A stretch of DNA of 63,930 bases, counting the filler, from Phoronis australis (taxonomy: Eukaryota; Animalia; Phoronida): assembly GCA_002633005.1 (NCBI GenBank). It is 3 parts of 3 records of this genome, joined end to end, with 100 filler letters (N's around TTAATTAATTAA, not from the genome) between each part and the next. Parts side by side here need not be neighbours in the genome. Positions count along the whole stretch, not along the records: positions 31,063 to 59,270 come from NMRA01001085.1; positions 59,371 to 63,930 come from NMRA01001709.1; 1 more part is not named here. The stretch is one strand, 5' to 3'. Positions 52,540-63,930 of this stretch are shown here, one piece after another. The number at the start of each line of letters is the position of its first letter. The first letter of the stretch is position 1. Both the position numbers and the translations under genes were made by a program. The notes below the pieces were generated by a model. The model had not been told where the DNA came from and did not search any database. It saw only the letters and a program-made list of their open reading frames with translations.

Positions 52540-53187
52540 TTTGTAGCAAGCCACCTTGTGACTTCCGGGAGGACTGTGTGTACGAGTATAATCAGGAAAA
52601 GAAACACGTTATAAATAAAATACGGATTTAAAGAAAACATCACAACTGATACACTTAAAACAAGTGTGAACATATAGAAAACCCTAGTAATTCCAAACAT
52701 TACGCAATTGTTATTTGATAACGAAATGAACAAATAATAAAAAATGTGCCTGTTTTATTAGGGTAACGATGACATATTACCTTACTCATTTACACAATTT
52801 AATGAGACACATCATCTTTAAAGATCCTATGTCTCATTAAACTGTGAATGTGCAAATGAAGTACTAGTTTCCCTCTCCAAGTCTTTGGGTGTGTCGGAAA
52901 CAATCAGAGAACCAGTTACCATTACAATCTCGTCAGAGCCTCGTTTTGCGAGACTATTTTTATGAAGTATAGTATTATGTCATCGTTACCCTAATAAAAA
53001 GGCACAGTTTTATTATTTGTTCATTGCACTATCAAAGACCGATTGCGTAATATTTGGAATTACTACGGTTTTCTATATGTTTACACATGTTTTAAGTGTA
53101 TCATTTGTGTTTTTTTTTCTTTAAAAAGGGATTTTATTTACAAATTGTTTCTTTTCCTGATTATACAACGTGGCGCTTGCTACAAAT
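52540..53187. repeat. Long fold-back element (~200-bp inverted arms)
   Basis: 52586-52780 is the diverged reverse complement of 52971-53166, with an outer match tttgtagcaagc/gcttgctacaaa. Confidence 0.85.
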
Positions 53188-54317
53188 TTAAATACTCGCG
53201 GTTTTAATAGCATCTTTATCTGGACCGTTCATACCGGCTTCGGTAGTTAAAGGAGAATGCCACCCAAAAACAACCTATTTTGTACCAATTTAGAGCTAGT
53301 AGTGTCACTCGATAACAGCAAGTACAATTCTTTTTCCTGACACCTGACGGCAGACGGAGGTGTTGAAATTAACCAATGACTTCAGAGGTTCGATTGCAGT
53401 CTGTTGAGCAGTTCACAACACACTTACTGGTGTCAGCTTATCGTTTGATTTCATTGTTTTACAGCAATAAGTCATCAAAATTTGATGTAAAACCCTCGAG
53501 GTATTAAACAAACGTGTTGTTTTATTTCGCTGTTACGGATTTATAGGTATTTGAACGCACCGTAGCCTACAAAGTTGAATAGGCCAATTTACCAAGGTCG
53601 GTCGCGGGATTTTGGAGTCTGTTCGGTGATAAATTTGAATTATTCTTCCGTGAACTATACAGACGGGAGAACATAGCTGTGTGTTGTAATTTTAGACTTG
53701 CGATTTTTTTAGTTCTGAACACACAAAACGCTTGTTATGCCGACCAGAGCTCGGAACCCGATCAGGCCGGTCGCGGCCGGACTGAAAACATCACGAACAC
53801 AAACCTGCCAAAGTTGGAAACTAAACTTTCAGTCACGAAAAGACTATACTAGTGAGCCAAAAACATAATGTGCACGTGATTATTTTGGTGAATTAGCTGC
53901 GAAAATGCAAATCTACTTATTAGACCGTCGGGGGGCGCGAAGTCAGGTTTCCCGTCCACAGAACCGTCAGGGCAAAAGTTGTACAGTAACAATGATTCGA
54001 ATAATGTATATGAATATTTAAATAAAGATTCCCCTAACATCTGACCATAGGATATAAAATCGAGTTATTGTTTCACAACAGCTTTCTGTCAGCAAACACT
54101 GAAGTAGCATGAGCTCACACGGCCTCGGTGACCGGTCAATTAGTTTATTGCCTCTAACGCCGTGATTTATTCATTGATGGCTTCGAAAACATTTGCACTC
54201 ACGAGCATTGCAAATTTTATTTAATGTGGCAGACATTGTTTCAGTTTTATCTAAGTATGGGTTAGGGTGAGAAAAATTCATTTTGAAACAGAAAGCACAA
54301 TGATAAACGTCAACGTG

Positions 54318-54565
54318 CATGGGCGCATCAAGGGGAGCTCGTCGAGCCCCCCCAATTTGGCGAATAGGTAAAAAAGGTCCGCATCAGCGAAACAAAAAGT
54401 CCGAGTAAATGAGACAAAAGTCCACAGGAATGCTGCGCGGATGCACAATTCGTAGGCTTGAACCTAGTGGTCCGTTTTTTTAAGTCCTCGTTGATTTTTG
54501 TCTGTAAAAAGTCCGCATACCGAAAAATTCGAGCCCCCCTATACTTTAGACTGGGTGCGCGCTTG
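54318..54565. mobile_element. MITE inserted in the Kolobok element, 5-bp TSD
   Basis: acgtg|catgggcgcatcaag ... ctgggtgcgcgcttg|acgtg. Confidence 0.65.
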
Positions 54566-54632
54566 ACGTGGCAACTTGCAATCCCGACTTATACGAGTGC
54601 TCATATGACGAAGACTTCACAGGTTGATCGTT

Positions 54633-54996
54633 AGGTTTTACAGGCTATAAGTTCGAACAGCAATACACTGATCCAGAAAAAGTAGAGATGCGCCGTGAAC
54701 CCTGCACAGGCAACGGAACATATGGATAGTATAGAAAACCGTTTGAATAACTTGCCATGGTGTCGGTGTACTAACTACACGCTAATGGAAAGGACTGGCG
54801 CTTGCGTTTGCTGCCACGAAATTCCGTAAGTGAAACGCCTCCTTCAGTTGGAGACGCGCAGATGTGTCTCACGGACCGTCCTGATTTCGCACCCGCTTCT
54901 GAACAGAGGTCTGCTTACGACGTTTTTTAGGGATGGGAAAAAGAACTGGCGAAAACTTCTTACACACAGAGGACCAAACAGAAGCTTGACGAACGA
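54633..54996 (+). pseudogene. KolX-like (P2X7 ballast/nanor-like Zn-Cys cluster) remnant
   Basis: GYKFEQQYT...ENRLNNLPWCRCTNYTLMERTGACVCCHEIP*...CLTDRPDF..LNRGLL matches WC.C..C..M....EC.CC.E...C.T.HP.F..CL. Stop and frameshifts present. Confidence 0.7.
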
Positions 54997-55099
54997 GTCA
55001 GTCATCAAACAGGTTATATAACACGTTATGTTCTCATGCCTTGAATTATTTGTAATATGTTTTCATGGCCAACTACATTCCTCCATAATCGAAAACTGA

Positions 55100-55410
55100 T
55101 CAACACCCGATCCGCGTTTCTTTGCCTCCTGCCTGCCGAACGCAAACACACTAGGAACAGCATGTGACCAATGCCTTAGTCTCTTTTTCTGCCCTGGCAT
55201 CACTTGTTTAGTAAGCCGGCATTCGAAATGCCGGCCGAAGACACGGAGAAGTTTCACGGCCTCATACTTGTTATTAACGGTATTCTTTTCATTCTTCACT
55301 GCCACGAGCCTCTCCCGAAGCATTATGGGCTCTCGAGGAAATCGAGTAAACGATATACCCCACTTTCCTCGCCGCAGCTTCATCGTTCGCACAAGGGGGA
55401 ACGATACATT
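55100..55410 (-). pseudogene. THAP DNA-binding domain remnant of the Kolobok transposase
   Basis: CIVPPCAN / ISFTRFPREP..LRERL / RVFGRHF / RLR...AVPSVF. The THAP W and third C are lost. Confidence 0.75.
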
Positions 55411-55946
55411 ACACCAAAGCGGTACACACTCTGCAAAAGAGCCACTGACTTCGCTGCGTCGTTTCTCACCTTCCTCACAGGTTATTAACGCGACACCTCT
55501 CGACGACGTAAGATCGACAGTATACGAGATGATGTGGATATAGACCGATTAAGACGGTAACAAAGACTAATTAAATCGGATGGCATTCTCCTTTAACGTA
55601 CATCGAAGTAAACGTCATGTGACGCTGTGCCAAGTAATTGCAGGGTATCGCTGATGCATCACGTACACGCTAAAAGTTTTTAAATGTGAAAATTTGGGAA
55701 CATTTACATGTGGTAATTGACATAAAACTTATTTCTAATTCGATTGGTGATTATTCGAATAAGCAAGTATTAGCGTCGACAGAGTCCTTTAAATGTTGGC
55801 GAAAACAGTGGCCCCTGGCGATATCTTCGCTGGGACCGTAGTTGACCGTTAGCACTGCACCGCAGCGCCGACGCTCCGCTGTTAAATCCTCTTGTTTACT
55901 GCAAAATTAACTGGTGCCGTTAACTTTGACCCAGGACTGAAGTTAA

Positions 55947-58835
55947 CCGTTCTCACCCCGGCCAACCCGCGATCGAGAACGACCGGAAAGCGATCGAGAA
56001 CGAAACCTGTCGCGAGAAGCGAAGCCAGGCAAGGTGAGTAAATTTGTTGAATTTACGTTGTTTTTACTTCCAATGTGAATACAGAGACACGAGTTGAAGG
56101 CGCAACACATTGAGGAAGGGTAGGTAGAGGTTTGGGCTGGTGTCTGTTCCAATTATTGGAGATAAGTTACGTTGAACGAGGCAGCGCTTGAGTCAAAGGT
56201 GATTCGTATGTCATTTTGGCAAATTGCGGTTATTTTTGGCACTAAATCAATAAATTGACCATGAAGTTATGAAGAAGTGACTTGTGAAAATATAATACAA
56301 CGCATGTCTTTCGTAGTTTTGTTAGGATCTCTGATTTTTCGACACTTTTCTGTTGGAAGATGCGATCGAGAACGCAAAGATAAGCGATCGGAAACGCAAT
56401 TTTTTGTGTTGTTTATGCGATCGAGAACGCATCATGGTGTGCCGAACAGTTATGAACTTTTTACTTATAAAACGTGAAAAGGGTTACAAAATAAGTGTGG
56501 TGCAATGAATTAATCACATTTTGAGTCATTACTGTTACTTTCGTTTCCAAACTAAACAATATCATAGCATTACCATTAAATTAAAATGAGCGACTACATG
56601 TACATCAAGCCCTATTTTAATCATAAATATTTTCACAAATGAATTTATTTTCATTTCAGGAAACACTTTCACTGTTATTATTGTGAGGCGAGCTTCAACG
56701 AACAGATTGATCGGGGGGTGAAAGTACACCCTACCAGGGTTTTGGAATACAGACATATACTTTTAGACGAAACCAAGTGGAACAAGGGGTTCTAAACTAA
56801 GACTCACCCAGCAATTGTTCCATGTGGCGTGTAAGCCAGGAGTAAACAGATTGTTGATGCAGATGAAAGCAGTGGCGGATTTAGGAGGGGGTTGTCAAGG
56901 GGCCATGCCCTGTAAAATTCTCTCAGATACCATTTGGCAGTCCGGGGTGCGAATTGCCGACTAGCATACGCGCGCACCCAAGTGGGCTCGAGGGGTTAAT
57001 GCGCAATTCATAGGCCTTGAACAAACCCCGTGTACCTTTTTTAGTAATAAGGTCCACAAACCCAAAAATTCGAGGCCCCTGCATCCCTACATTTTAGGCT
57101 GGGCGCGCGCATGTGGCAAAATTCTGACTATTCCTGTGCCCTGCCCCCCAACTCAAAATTCTGGATCCGCCCCTGGAAAGGGAGTGCCGAATCTTCTTGC
57201 AAGATCGTGACAGCAAAAAGAAAAAGAACAAATACGCCAGTGAAGTTAAAAAATGATGATGAGCGTGCCTATGGGGAGCGAGGTGATTCAAAGATTACCG
57301 CTCATGACCGTCTGGGATTTAAAAAAAAAATGCCAGAAATGGTGTTAACTGGTTTGCTGATAAAACGGGTGATATTTTGTTGGATGTTTTACAGATATTA
57401 TCGATACAGAGATGAACAGATTGACTTGTGGCACTTGTGTGGCTTTGATATACAACATATGTTTGACTCTTCTGTTTTGTGGTATTCAGTTCATGATCTC
57501 CAGTTTAACGTGACATTGAAAAAGAGTGAGGCGAGATATAATACACCTATTATATTGTGATTTTCTCAAAAATGTAGTTAAAATGTTGTCATTAATATCA
57601 CTTCAAGACACAATGTAGTGATTACACAGGAAATCAACAACAATATTAAAGCAATTCTATAATATTATTAATCTTTTATCACACACCTCTAAATTGGTCA
57701 TATAGAAAAAAGATATAAAACATTGCTTTAGGGAAATAAACATAACACATCCAGTGTACATTTCCTGCGAATTATTTTTGGAGTTTATCAGACTAAATCA
57801 TCACTGAATCATAGACAATCTATTTCGGACAGGTTCATAGTATAAAATTCTCTCACAGGGATTCAACAACAATATGAAAACAGTTTCTACAGTTATGGCA
57901 GAAATATAATTTTCTTTTAAAATACTAATTGGTCATAACAATTGTATGTAAGAATAACCCAATGACACATAGAGTGGCCATTTAAATGTACCCAAACACA
58001 ACAAAAATGCAGTGGTTCTGTTAAAGATGCTGCTGAAATAACACAAATAGGAAAAAGGTTCAAAACAAAACTTCAAAATACTATCACATCAGACAACTAC
58101 CAACCATAAACTCTGTAAATCTGAATTGAGTTTCGTGACTTAACAACTTTCACTACTGGACTGAATAATTTAAATTCATGGTGATTCTGATTCTCATGTC
58201 TGTAGAAGGAGGCATAGTCTTTGCATGACACATTCACGACAAGGAGTGTCCTCAGGCTGCTTCCTCTTTCTGTGAAACATTGATCGCTTATAGGACACTG
58301 AAACAACTTGGTTCCTGAGCACTATGCTTCATATTGTGTTTTCTTATGCGGTAAAAAAATCTTGCTCCATGCAACACAGGGCTGGTAAAGGTCTTGCTTG
58401 CAGCTAGTGAGTGACACTGTGTTTTATTGTCATGTGGTTATACAAAAAAATTTCTTCCTGAACGAAGCTCCACAACATATATGCATACACAGCTCTTTGA
58501 CACATGCAGCAGTTGTGCTACCGTAACTCTTTTTTGAAGGCGTGTATGTTAACACTCTGAAGGACTCCTCATGCGGCTACAGTTCAACTGAAAAATCAAA
58601 CGCATTTATCATATTTGTGAGGCTAAATCTCACACAGAAATGATAAAAAACGGTGAAAGTATAACAAACAATTGACCTGTCAACTAATTCATGGTCGTAT
58701 TATTCTAAAATTATTGATATAACAATGTAACTTGAACAATTATTCAGGAAAATGCACAGAAAGAAATGTGCGTTCACGATCGCATTTTTTGCGTTCACGA
58801 TCGTCATGGGGAATTAACAGCTTCGTTCCCGATCG
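55947..58835. mobile_element. piggyBac-like relic with subterminal GCGATCGNGAACG repeats
   Basis: TTAA|CC left end. The motif is direct about 5 times at 55968-56430 and inverted 3 times at 58770-58835. No right TIR found. Confidence 0.45.
56870..57175. mobile_element. hAT-like MITE with 5-bp TSD, containing a nested MITE (~56966-57113)
   Basis: gaaag|cagtggcggatttag ... ctggatccgcccctg|gaaag. The inner gcgcgcaccca/tgggcgcgcgc element is related to 54318. Confidence 0.7.
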
Positions 58836-59270
58836 CCGTCTCACACAAGGACCTGCTTGTATCGATAGATAGTTCGAATTGTTTCACAAATTATAACTAA
58901 CAAAGTTGTCACCAGGGACGATTTAACTATAAATGTCACAGGTGCCCACTGAAGAACCTAGGAATTGCTAATAACAAGGAGAAATTGACGAATTTACAAG
59001 ACACAAGTCATTTTACCGAAAGCCATTGCATTCTGCGGTCTCTATTTCAAAAAATAGCAAAAGCCAAGTATTATTTAAGATTCACAACAAAGGCTAAGCT
59101 CTGACGCTTTTCGGTGTGTCGCATTGGTACCAAAGTAGCCTCTATTTAAGAAGAAAATGACACTTAAAGTCCTTCTCTCACGCGTTGTTAACCCTTACGG
59201 TAAAGTCGCGTGATTTTCGGACACTGAAAATTAATTCCAATAGAAAAAATTCATTCTTGGACGAATCTCG

Positions 59271-59370
59271 NNNNNNNNNNNNNNNNNNNNNNNNNNNNNN
59301 NNNNNNNNNNNNNNTTAATTAATTAANNNNNNNNNNNNNNNNNNNNNNNNNNNNNNNNNNNNNNNNNNNN
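59271..59370. other. Artificial scaffold spacer
   Basis: 44 N + TTAATTAATTAA + 44 N. Confidence 0.95.
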
Positions 59371-59712
59371 GTGGATTTGAATTGACTTATGTCGTCTCAA
59401 CACATCTTGATTTGGCCTCACTTAGTCCCTTAGCAACTAGCAAAGGCGCTGGTTCTTTAAGAAGGATTTGAAACTTTGATTTTACAATATCTATTCTTGG
59501 ATACACCAAGAATGAAAAAGAATGCCTAAGGGGGTTTCGCTTGACCTGGATCTGATGTCGATCTCGCTTTTTCATTGATCAAAACACGGGACATCTACGT
59601 GGCCTGAACATTCGAAATAAGACAGTTATAGAAATAATTTCTCTTAGGCAGATGTTTGATCAATCACACTATCATTGAAGCCGCATTCCTTACTCGAAAC
59701 TTGTTATTTCAG

Positions 59713-62364
59713 ATGATGTTTGCTGGTTCGTTTGACTACAAGAATGACCGTGCTGTTCTGATATCTGACGACATTTCTGTCTTCTACATGTTTGGAAAAA
59801 ACAATGTACGCATGTCACCAACAAGAACTTGCTGTCATTAAGTATAGTGTGTATGAGAGAATACGACTCTCAGATCAAGCTATTCTTGATTCCTATATAA
59901 CGACGTCAGGAGATTACAATCAGATGTTCTGACTTGTTGTAGCTCATTAATAGCAAAACAGCCACCATCACCTTGAAAATATTTCCTTTTTGTATGATTG
60001 TTTGATAACATGCAAACGAATATTGGGCTCGTTAGCAGGTAGGATAGTAGTCTGTGCCCTCACACCTGAGTAGCACCACAAGAGCAAGATTAGTTGGAAA
60101 AGATTAAATTCGAATCATCTGCCCAACAGATGATATTGAATTGACATGATTACTCTGCGCGTGTAAGCGCAGAGTACTGTTGTTCCTGGGTTTTCATCAA
60201 TTTTCTTCTTCTTATTCTTCTTCTTCCGACCTACTTTGAGGCTTAATAACTCCAAACTGGGTGCAGGTATGTTCTTTAACTTCTACATGTAATTTTTGGC
60301 AGTACATAAATTTTGATTCGTTATATAATCATAATCCATATTGCACCAGAAGAGGTCATTTGGTGCAAAGGTCATGTAATTTTCAAGATGCTACTCCTTC
60401 TTCATTTTTAAAGCTATTATTTTCAAATTCGGTGCACAGGTATAAGTCAATAAGGCAATTTAAAAAATCACTTTTCTAAGTATTCGGGTCATCCAATCAG
60501 GGGAAATAGATCAAAGGTCATTAGGTGCAAACTAAAATTTTGAGCTAGACACTTCAAATTGACAGGTCTGATTGGCACAGGTAATTCAATTTGGAATCCA
60601 AAGTTTCAGGTCATTTAGTGCAAACATAGGGTCATTAGGTGCATTTTTTCTGAAATTTTGACCTTTTCAATCAGCAAGTATTCTGATGTGTCAACCGTTA
60701 GACAACTGTGATTCTCAGCATTAAACACATTTTTTATTGGCTTTGCAACAATTCTCCTAAAGACGCTTATAATGCACCGGATAGGGTCAATTAGTGCAAA
60801 GGTCATGTAGCGTTCAAAATGTTATATCTTACGTTTTCAAGGAATTCTTTTCAATTTCAGCACACTGGTGTAAGTCAACATGCCAATTGAATACCCTACT
60901 TTACTTCGCAATAGGCCTAACCAATCAGAAAAAAATAGGTCAAAGGTTATTGAGTGCAAATTTTGAGCTAGAGACTTCAAAATTACATATCTGTTTACTA
61001 AGTGCGATTGAGTTTGAATTCTAAATTTTCAGGTCATTTGGTGCACCCACGGGGTCATTATATGCATTTTTCTTCTGAAAGTTTGATCAAATCATTCATC
61101 TTGTATTTTGAAGTGCTTAAAGTAAAACATCTGTGATTTTTAGCATTAACCACACTTTTAATCGAATTAGCAATTATTCCCTCATCGGGGCTCATAATGC
61201 ACCGGAAGAGGTCAATTAGTGGAAAGGCCATCAAAAAATTAATATGTAATTTCTCCTACAATTTTAAAGAATTCCTTTTCATATTGGTAAATGGTATGCT
61301 GTCAGTAACTTCCCATAATAATTCCATTAATAGGCACGCGCAGAGTCCGCTATTGTCACGCCGTGACAATAGTCTTTCTAGTTCAAAACGCACTGGTTCG
61401 AAAATGAACGTGTGGGGCGGTATTGGGGTATTTAGTATAATTAACGTGAAAAAAAGAAAGATATTTCAACATGTTTTCCAGTCTGCTGTGTATTCGGCTT
61501 ACGACGGCGGGAAAAAGTGCATCAAATCGCCACTTCCGTTTCATCTCAATGGAACAGCGCGTTGTATAACGAGTAAGTGTCACGAATGAATGACTGAAGC
61601 CATTTTGATCATATAAAACTCAGCATGTCACAGTGACAGGTGCATTTGTATCCAGAAACGGAGTCCCTTCTTTACCGTGCGTTAGCGTGTGTGAATTTCT
61701 TTTTGTTATCTCACAAAAGAATCATTGTTCAGTTTGTTCAAAAAAGGTTTTACTGGAAAATGCAACTTTGTTAAAATTTGTGGGTCAAAAGTTTCTGACA
61801 ACAGTGCAATTTCATTGCATTTCAGAGGAAATGAACTTTGTTTCATCGACGTATTTCGGAAGTCCAGCTAAACCTCTCAATGTAACAACGTTCGTCAGTG
61901 ATGCCATTTTGGGCGACGGAAGCAGTATGAGCGTGACAGTGACCTCTAACGGTTGTTATCCAGTCAGTGACGTGTTGATTGGAAAGAAACACGACCTGGG
62001 GCCAATTAAGTTCAGTAAGTATAAGCATTTTATGTAAATACAATCTGTAAACTTGCATTGCTCAGTGCCAATAAAAGACTGTTTAATTGAATTTCTTCTT
62101 GTACACGTTCTCCGGTCAGCGCCTGCGAAGAATCAATTGTTCCGTGAGTCCGCATTACAAATATTAATTCATAATGTCGACCAACATTGATAAATGAATA
62201 GTGTTAAGCGTTTAAAGTAAAACATACTGTCATACCTTCATTACGTATATTTTTACCTTAATTTTCTAGACTCGCTGTTCGAAGTGGTGAGCTACGTGAA
62301 TACCTACGACGGTATCATCGACCTTGACGTCTTCAAACTACCGGACAGTTGTCAGAATTTGTGA
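59713..62364 (+). CDS. EPDR: Ependymin-related protein, last four exons (59713-59805, 61482-61572, 61826-62014, 62270-62364); 5' exons not in this contig piece
   Basis: All introns are GT-AG with matching phases (0,1,1). The spliced product MMFAGSFDYKNDR...KKCIKSPLP...RCITKEMNFVSSTYFG...VTVTSNGCYPV...YVNTYDGIIDLDVFKLPDSCQNL* has the ependymin signature (DY.N, C.K..L, vT..C.P, N...GI.D..VF..P..C). AATAAA at 62661. Confidence 0.88.
60150..61383 (+). mobile_element. Helentron/Helitron2-type non-autonomous element (HINE/DINE-1-like) in an EPDR intron
   Basis: 12-bp subterminal IR ACTCTGCGCGTG (60152-63) / CACGCGCAGAGT (61335-46). Has a 5' partner arm at 60167-75, a (CTT)n tract, internal ~420-bp tandem blocks and a 3' hairpin CTATTGTCAC-gcc-GTGACAATAG. 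Ends CTAG|TT. Confidence 0.8.
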
Positions 62365-63930
62365 ATATTGCTTATTCAAAATCACGTAGACCGAGAAGAG
62401 TGCGCCAGTTGTTCAGTAAACGGTTAGGCAATGACGCACACATATTCTATGCGGAAACCTGTTGCACTTGAAATATTGGAATGAGTCACTCTTAAAACTA
62501 GTTGTAATCAGAGCTTGAATGTTATCTCTGAATGAATTAACGGACGCAACGTCGTTATTTTGTGTTCTGTGACAGTGCATTGTGGTCTTATATTTAAAAA
62601 TAAAGAAAAATGGTTGCGAGTGAGTAATAGTTAATATACGGTAATTTAAATTAGACTTACAATAAAAAGTTTCTGGTGTCCAAACGGAGAGATCACAATC
62701 AATTTTCAAAATTCCCTTCCTGAAACACCTTCACACAACACTGCACGTAAGAAAAACAAACAATTACCATTTAATTATCATCTTTTTAAAGGTGAACTTG
62801 AAGTCGAAACGGACAGGACACTGCCAGACCTTTAAGTGCTCTGGTACCCGTGGTATAAAGAAGGCGTTACTCATCAAATTTTTGTGGCTGGTTTTGGGTT
62901 TGAATTAAAAAAGCCAGGTCCGCATAGCTCCAACTCCCTTCTCTACGTCACGGTGTAAAAGAATTCAAACAAAAAGCTTGCACACAGTTTTGTAAAGCAG
63001 AATTCCAGGGTACATTTCCTCTCACGCCATCGCCGGAAATTGCCGGTGTGGACGTTATCCCCAGAGGGGTTTCCCTACCAGAAAACTCTCGCACAAGTTT
63101 GAAAAAAAGAACAGGGTAGTATGCCTAACTTCATAGAACTGTAAACTATAAATATATAATGGATATTTTTTGAGTTTTAAAATTAAAAAATCTTTTACCT
63201 ATTGGGTACGCTCATTTCACATTTCCAGAGTAAGATTAACCACACAGTTAACTAGCAGTACCAAAGAAACTGTTTATTCAATGTCTACAGAAAAAGAAAA
63301 AAAAACAGGCAGGTGGCCTGGTGCCTTCTGTGGCTACACAAGGGGATCTCTCAGCATGAAGAATCCCCATGAGTAAAATCTTCTAATCTTCCTGTTTTTC
63401 TTAAGAAAATGTGAACCTACCCGATTTGGCGATATCTACCAGGTAAGTCATATGTCCATACAGCAGAAGATTGCGAAGACCCTGATAAACAGGGCAAATT
63501 TCCGAGCGTCTCAGCTTCCAAACCAAACTGAGGACAGTTTGAACAGGTCACATGGTCTGTGATGTTTCGGTGCCGAGCTAAGTTGCAGTGCCTAATTACT
63601 TGGATCACCTGCCGAATAACCAACCTGTCTAAACATAAGAATCTTTTGGAACCTCTTGGCTCAATAGGACTTGTAAAAATAAATTTCGTTGGTCTGCAGG
63701 TGGAGCCCATCTTCCATGCACCCACTGACAATTTATGCACCCTCTGTTTTACCTTTTTCTTTTAAGAGTGACTCCATATAAAAACCAACAGGTAGAGTCT
63801 ATACCCAAAATCGCCGATTTTTTTGAAACTTAGCACATGAGTTTGATTTGTTGAGAAGTAGAAAAACCTCACTTTTTAAGAATTTTCATTCATTATTTTT
63901 CTTTTTATGACCTGTACCTCCATTTTGCAA

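Larger units (their letters stand above)
53251..55592. mobile_element. Kolobok DNA transposon, internally deleted, with THAP and KolX remnants
   Basis: TTAA on both sides (53247-50, 55593-96). TIR AGGAGAATGCCA(C/T)CC is 14/15 identical. Coding relics are listed separately. Confidence 0.85.

Noticed and set aside
63417-63740. 107-aa ORF
   Set aside because: No recognisable domain or convincing splice context.

Overview
Eukaryotic, AT-rich, intron-containing DNA. The transposon and gene families point to a marine invertebrate, which is inference; the taxon cannot be fixed from sequence alone. Two artificial 100-bp spacers (44N-TTAATTAATTAA-44N) split the window into three pieces whose true adjacency is unproven. 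Piece 1 (1-30962) holds a BEL/Pao pol fragment, a 5'-truncated HERO/NeSL-type RLE retrotransposon and an L1/Tx1-type ORF2. It also holds a ~15-kb minus-strand multi-exon pseudogene of a giant Cys-repeat (GCC2/GCC3, CPxGxYC) protein, which begins directly downstream of a three-exon internal fragment of BIRC6/BRUCE. Piece 2 (31063-59270) is essentially a transposon graveyard: a Kolobok element with THAP and KolX remnants, piggyBac-like, Academ-like and hAT-like relics, and a CAG tract. Piece 3 (59371-63930) contains the last four exons of an apparently intact ependymin-related gene with a Helentron-type non-autonomous element in an intron. Most supplied ORFs are spurious, and the real exons were reconstructed by hand from GT-AG sites. 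No intact novel multi-gene system is evident. The best leads are the BIRC6/Cys-repeat mosaic, a tandem array of perfect splice donors, and several structured RNA-like elements.
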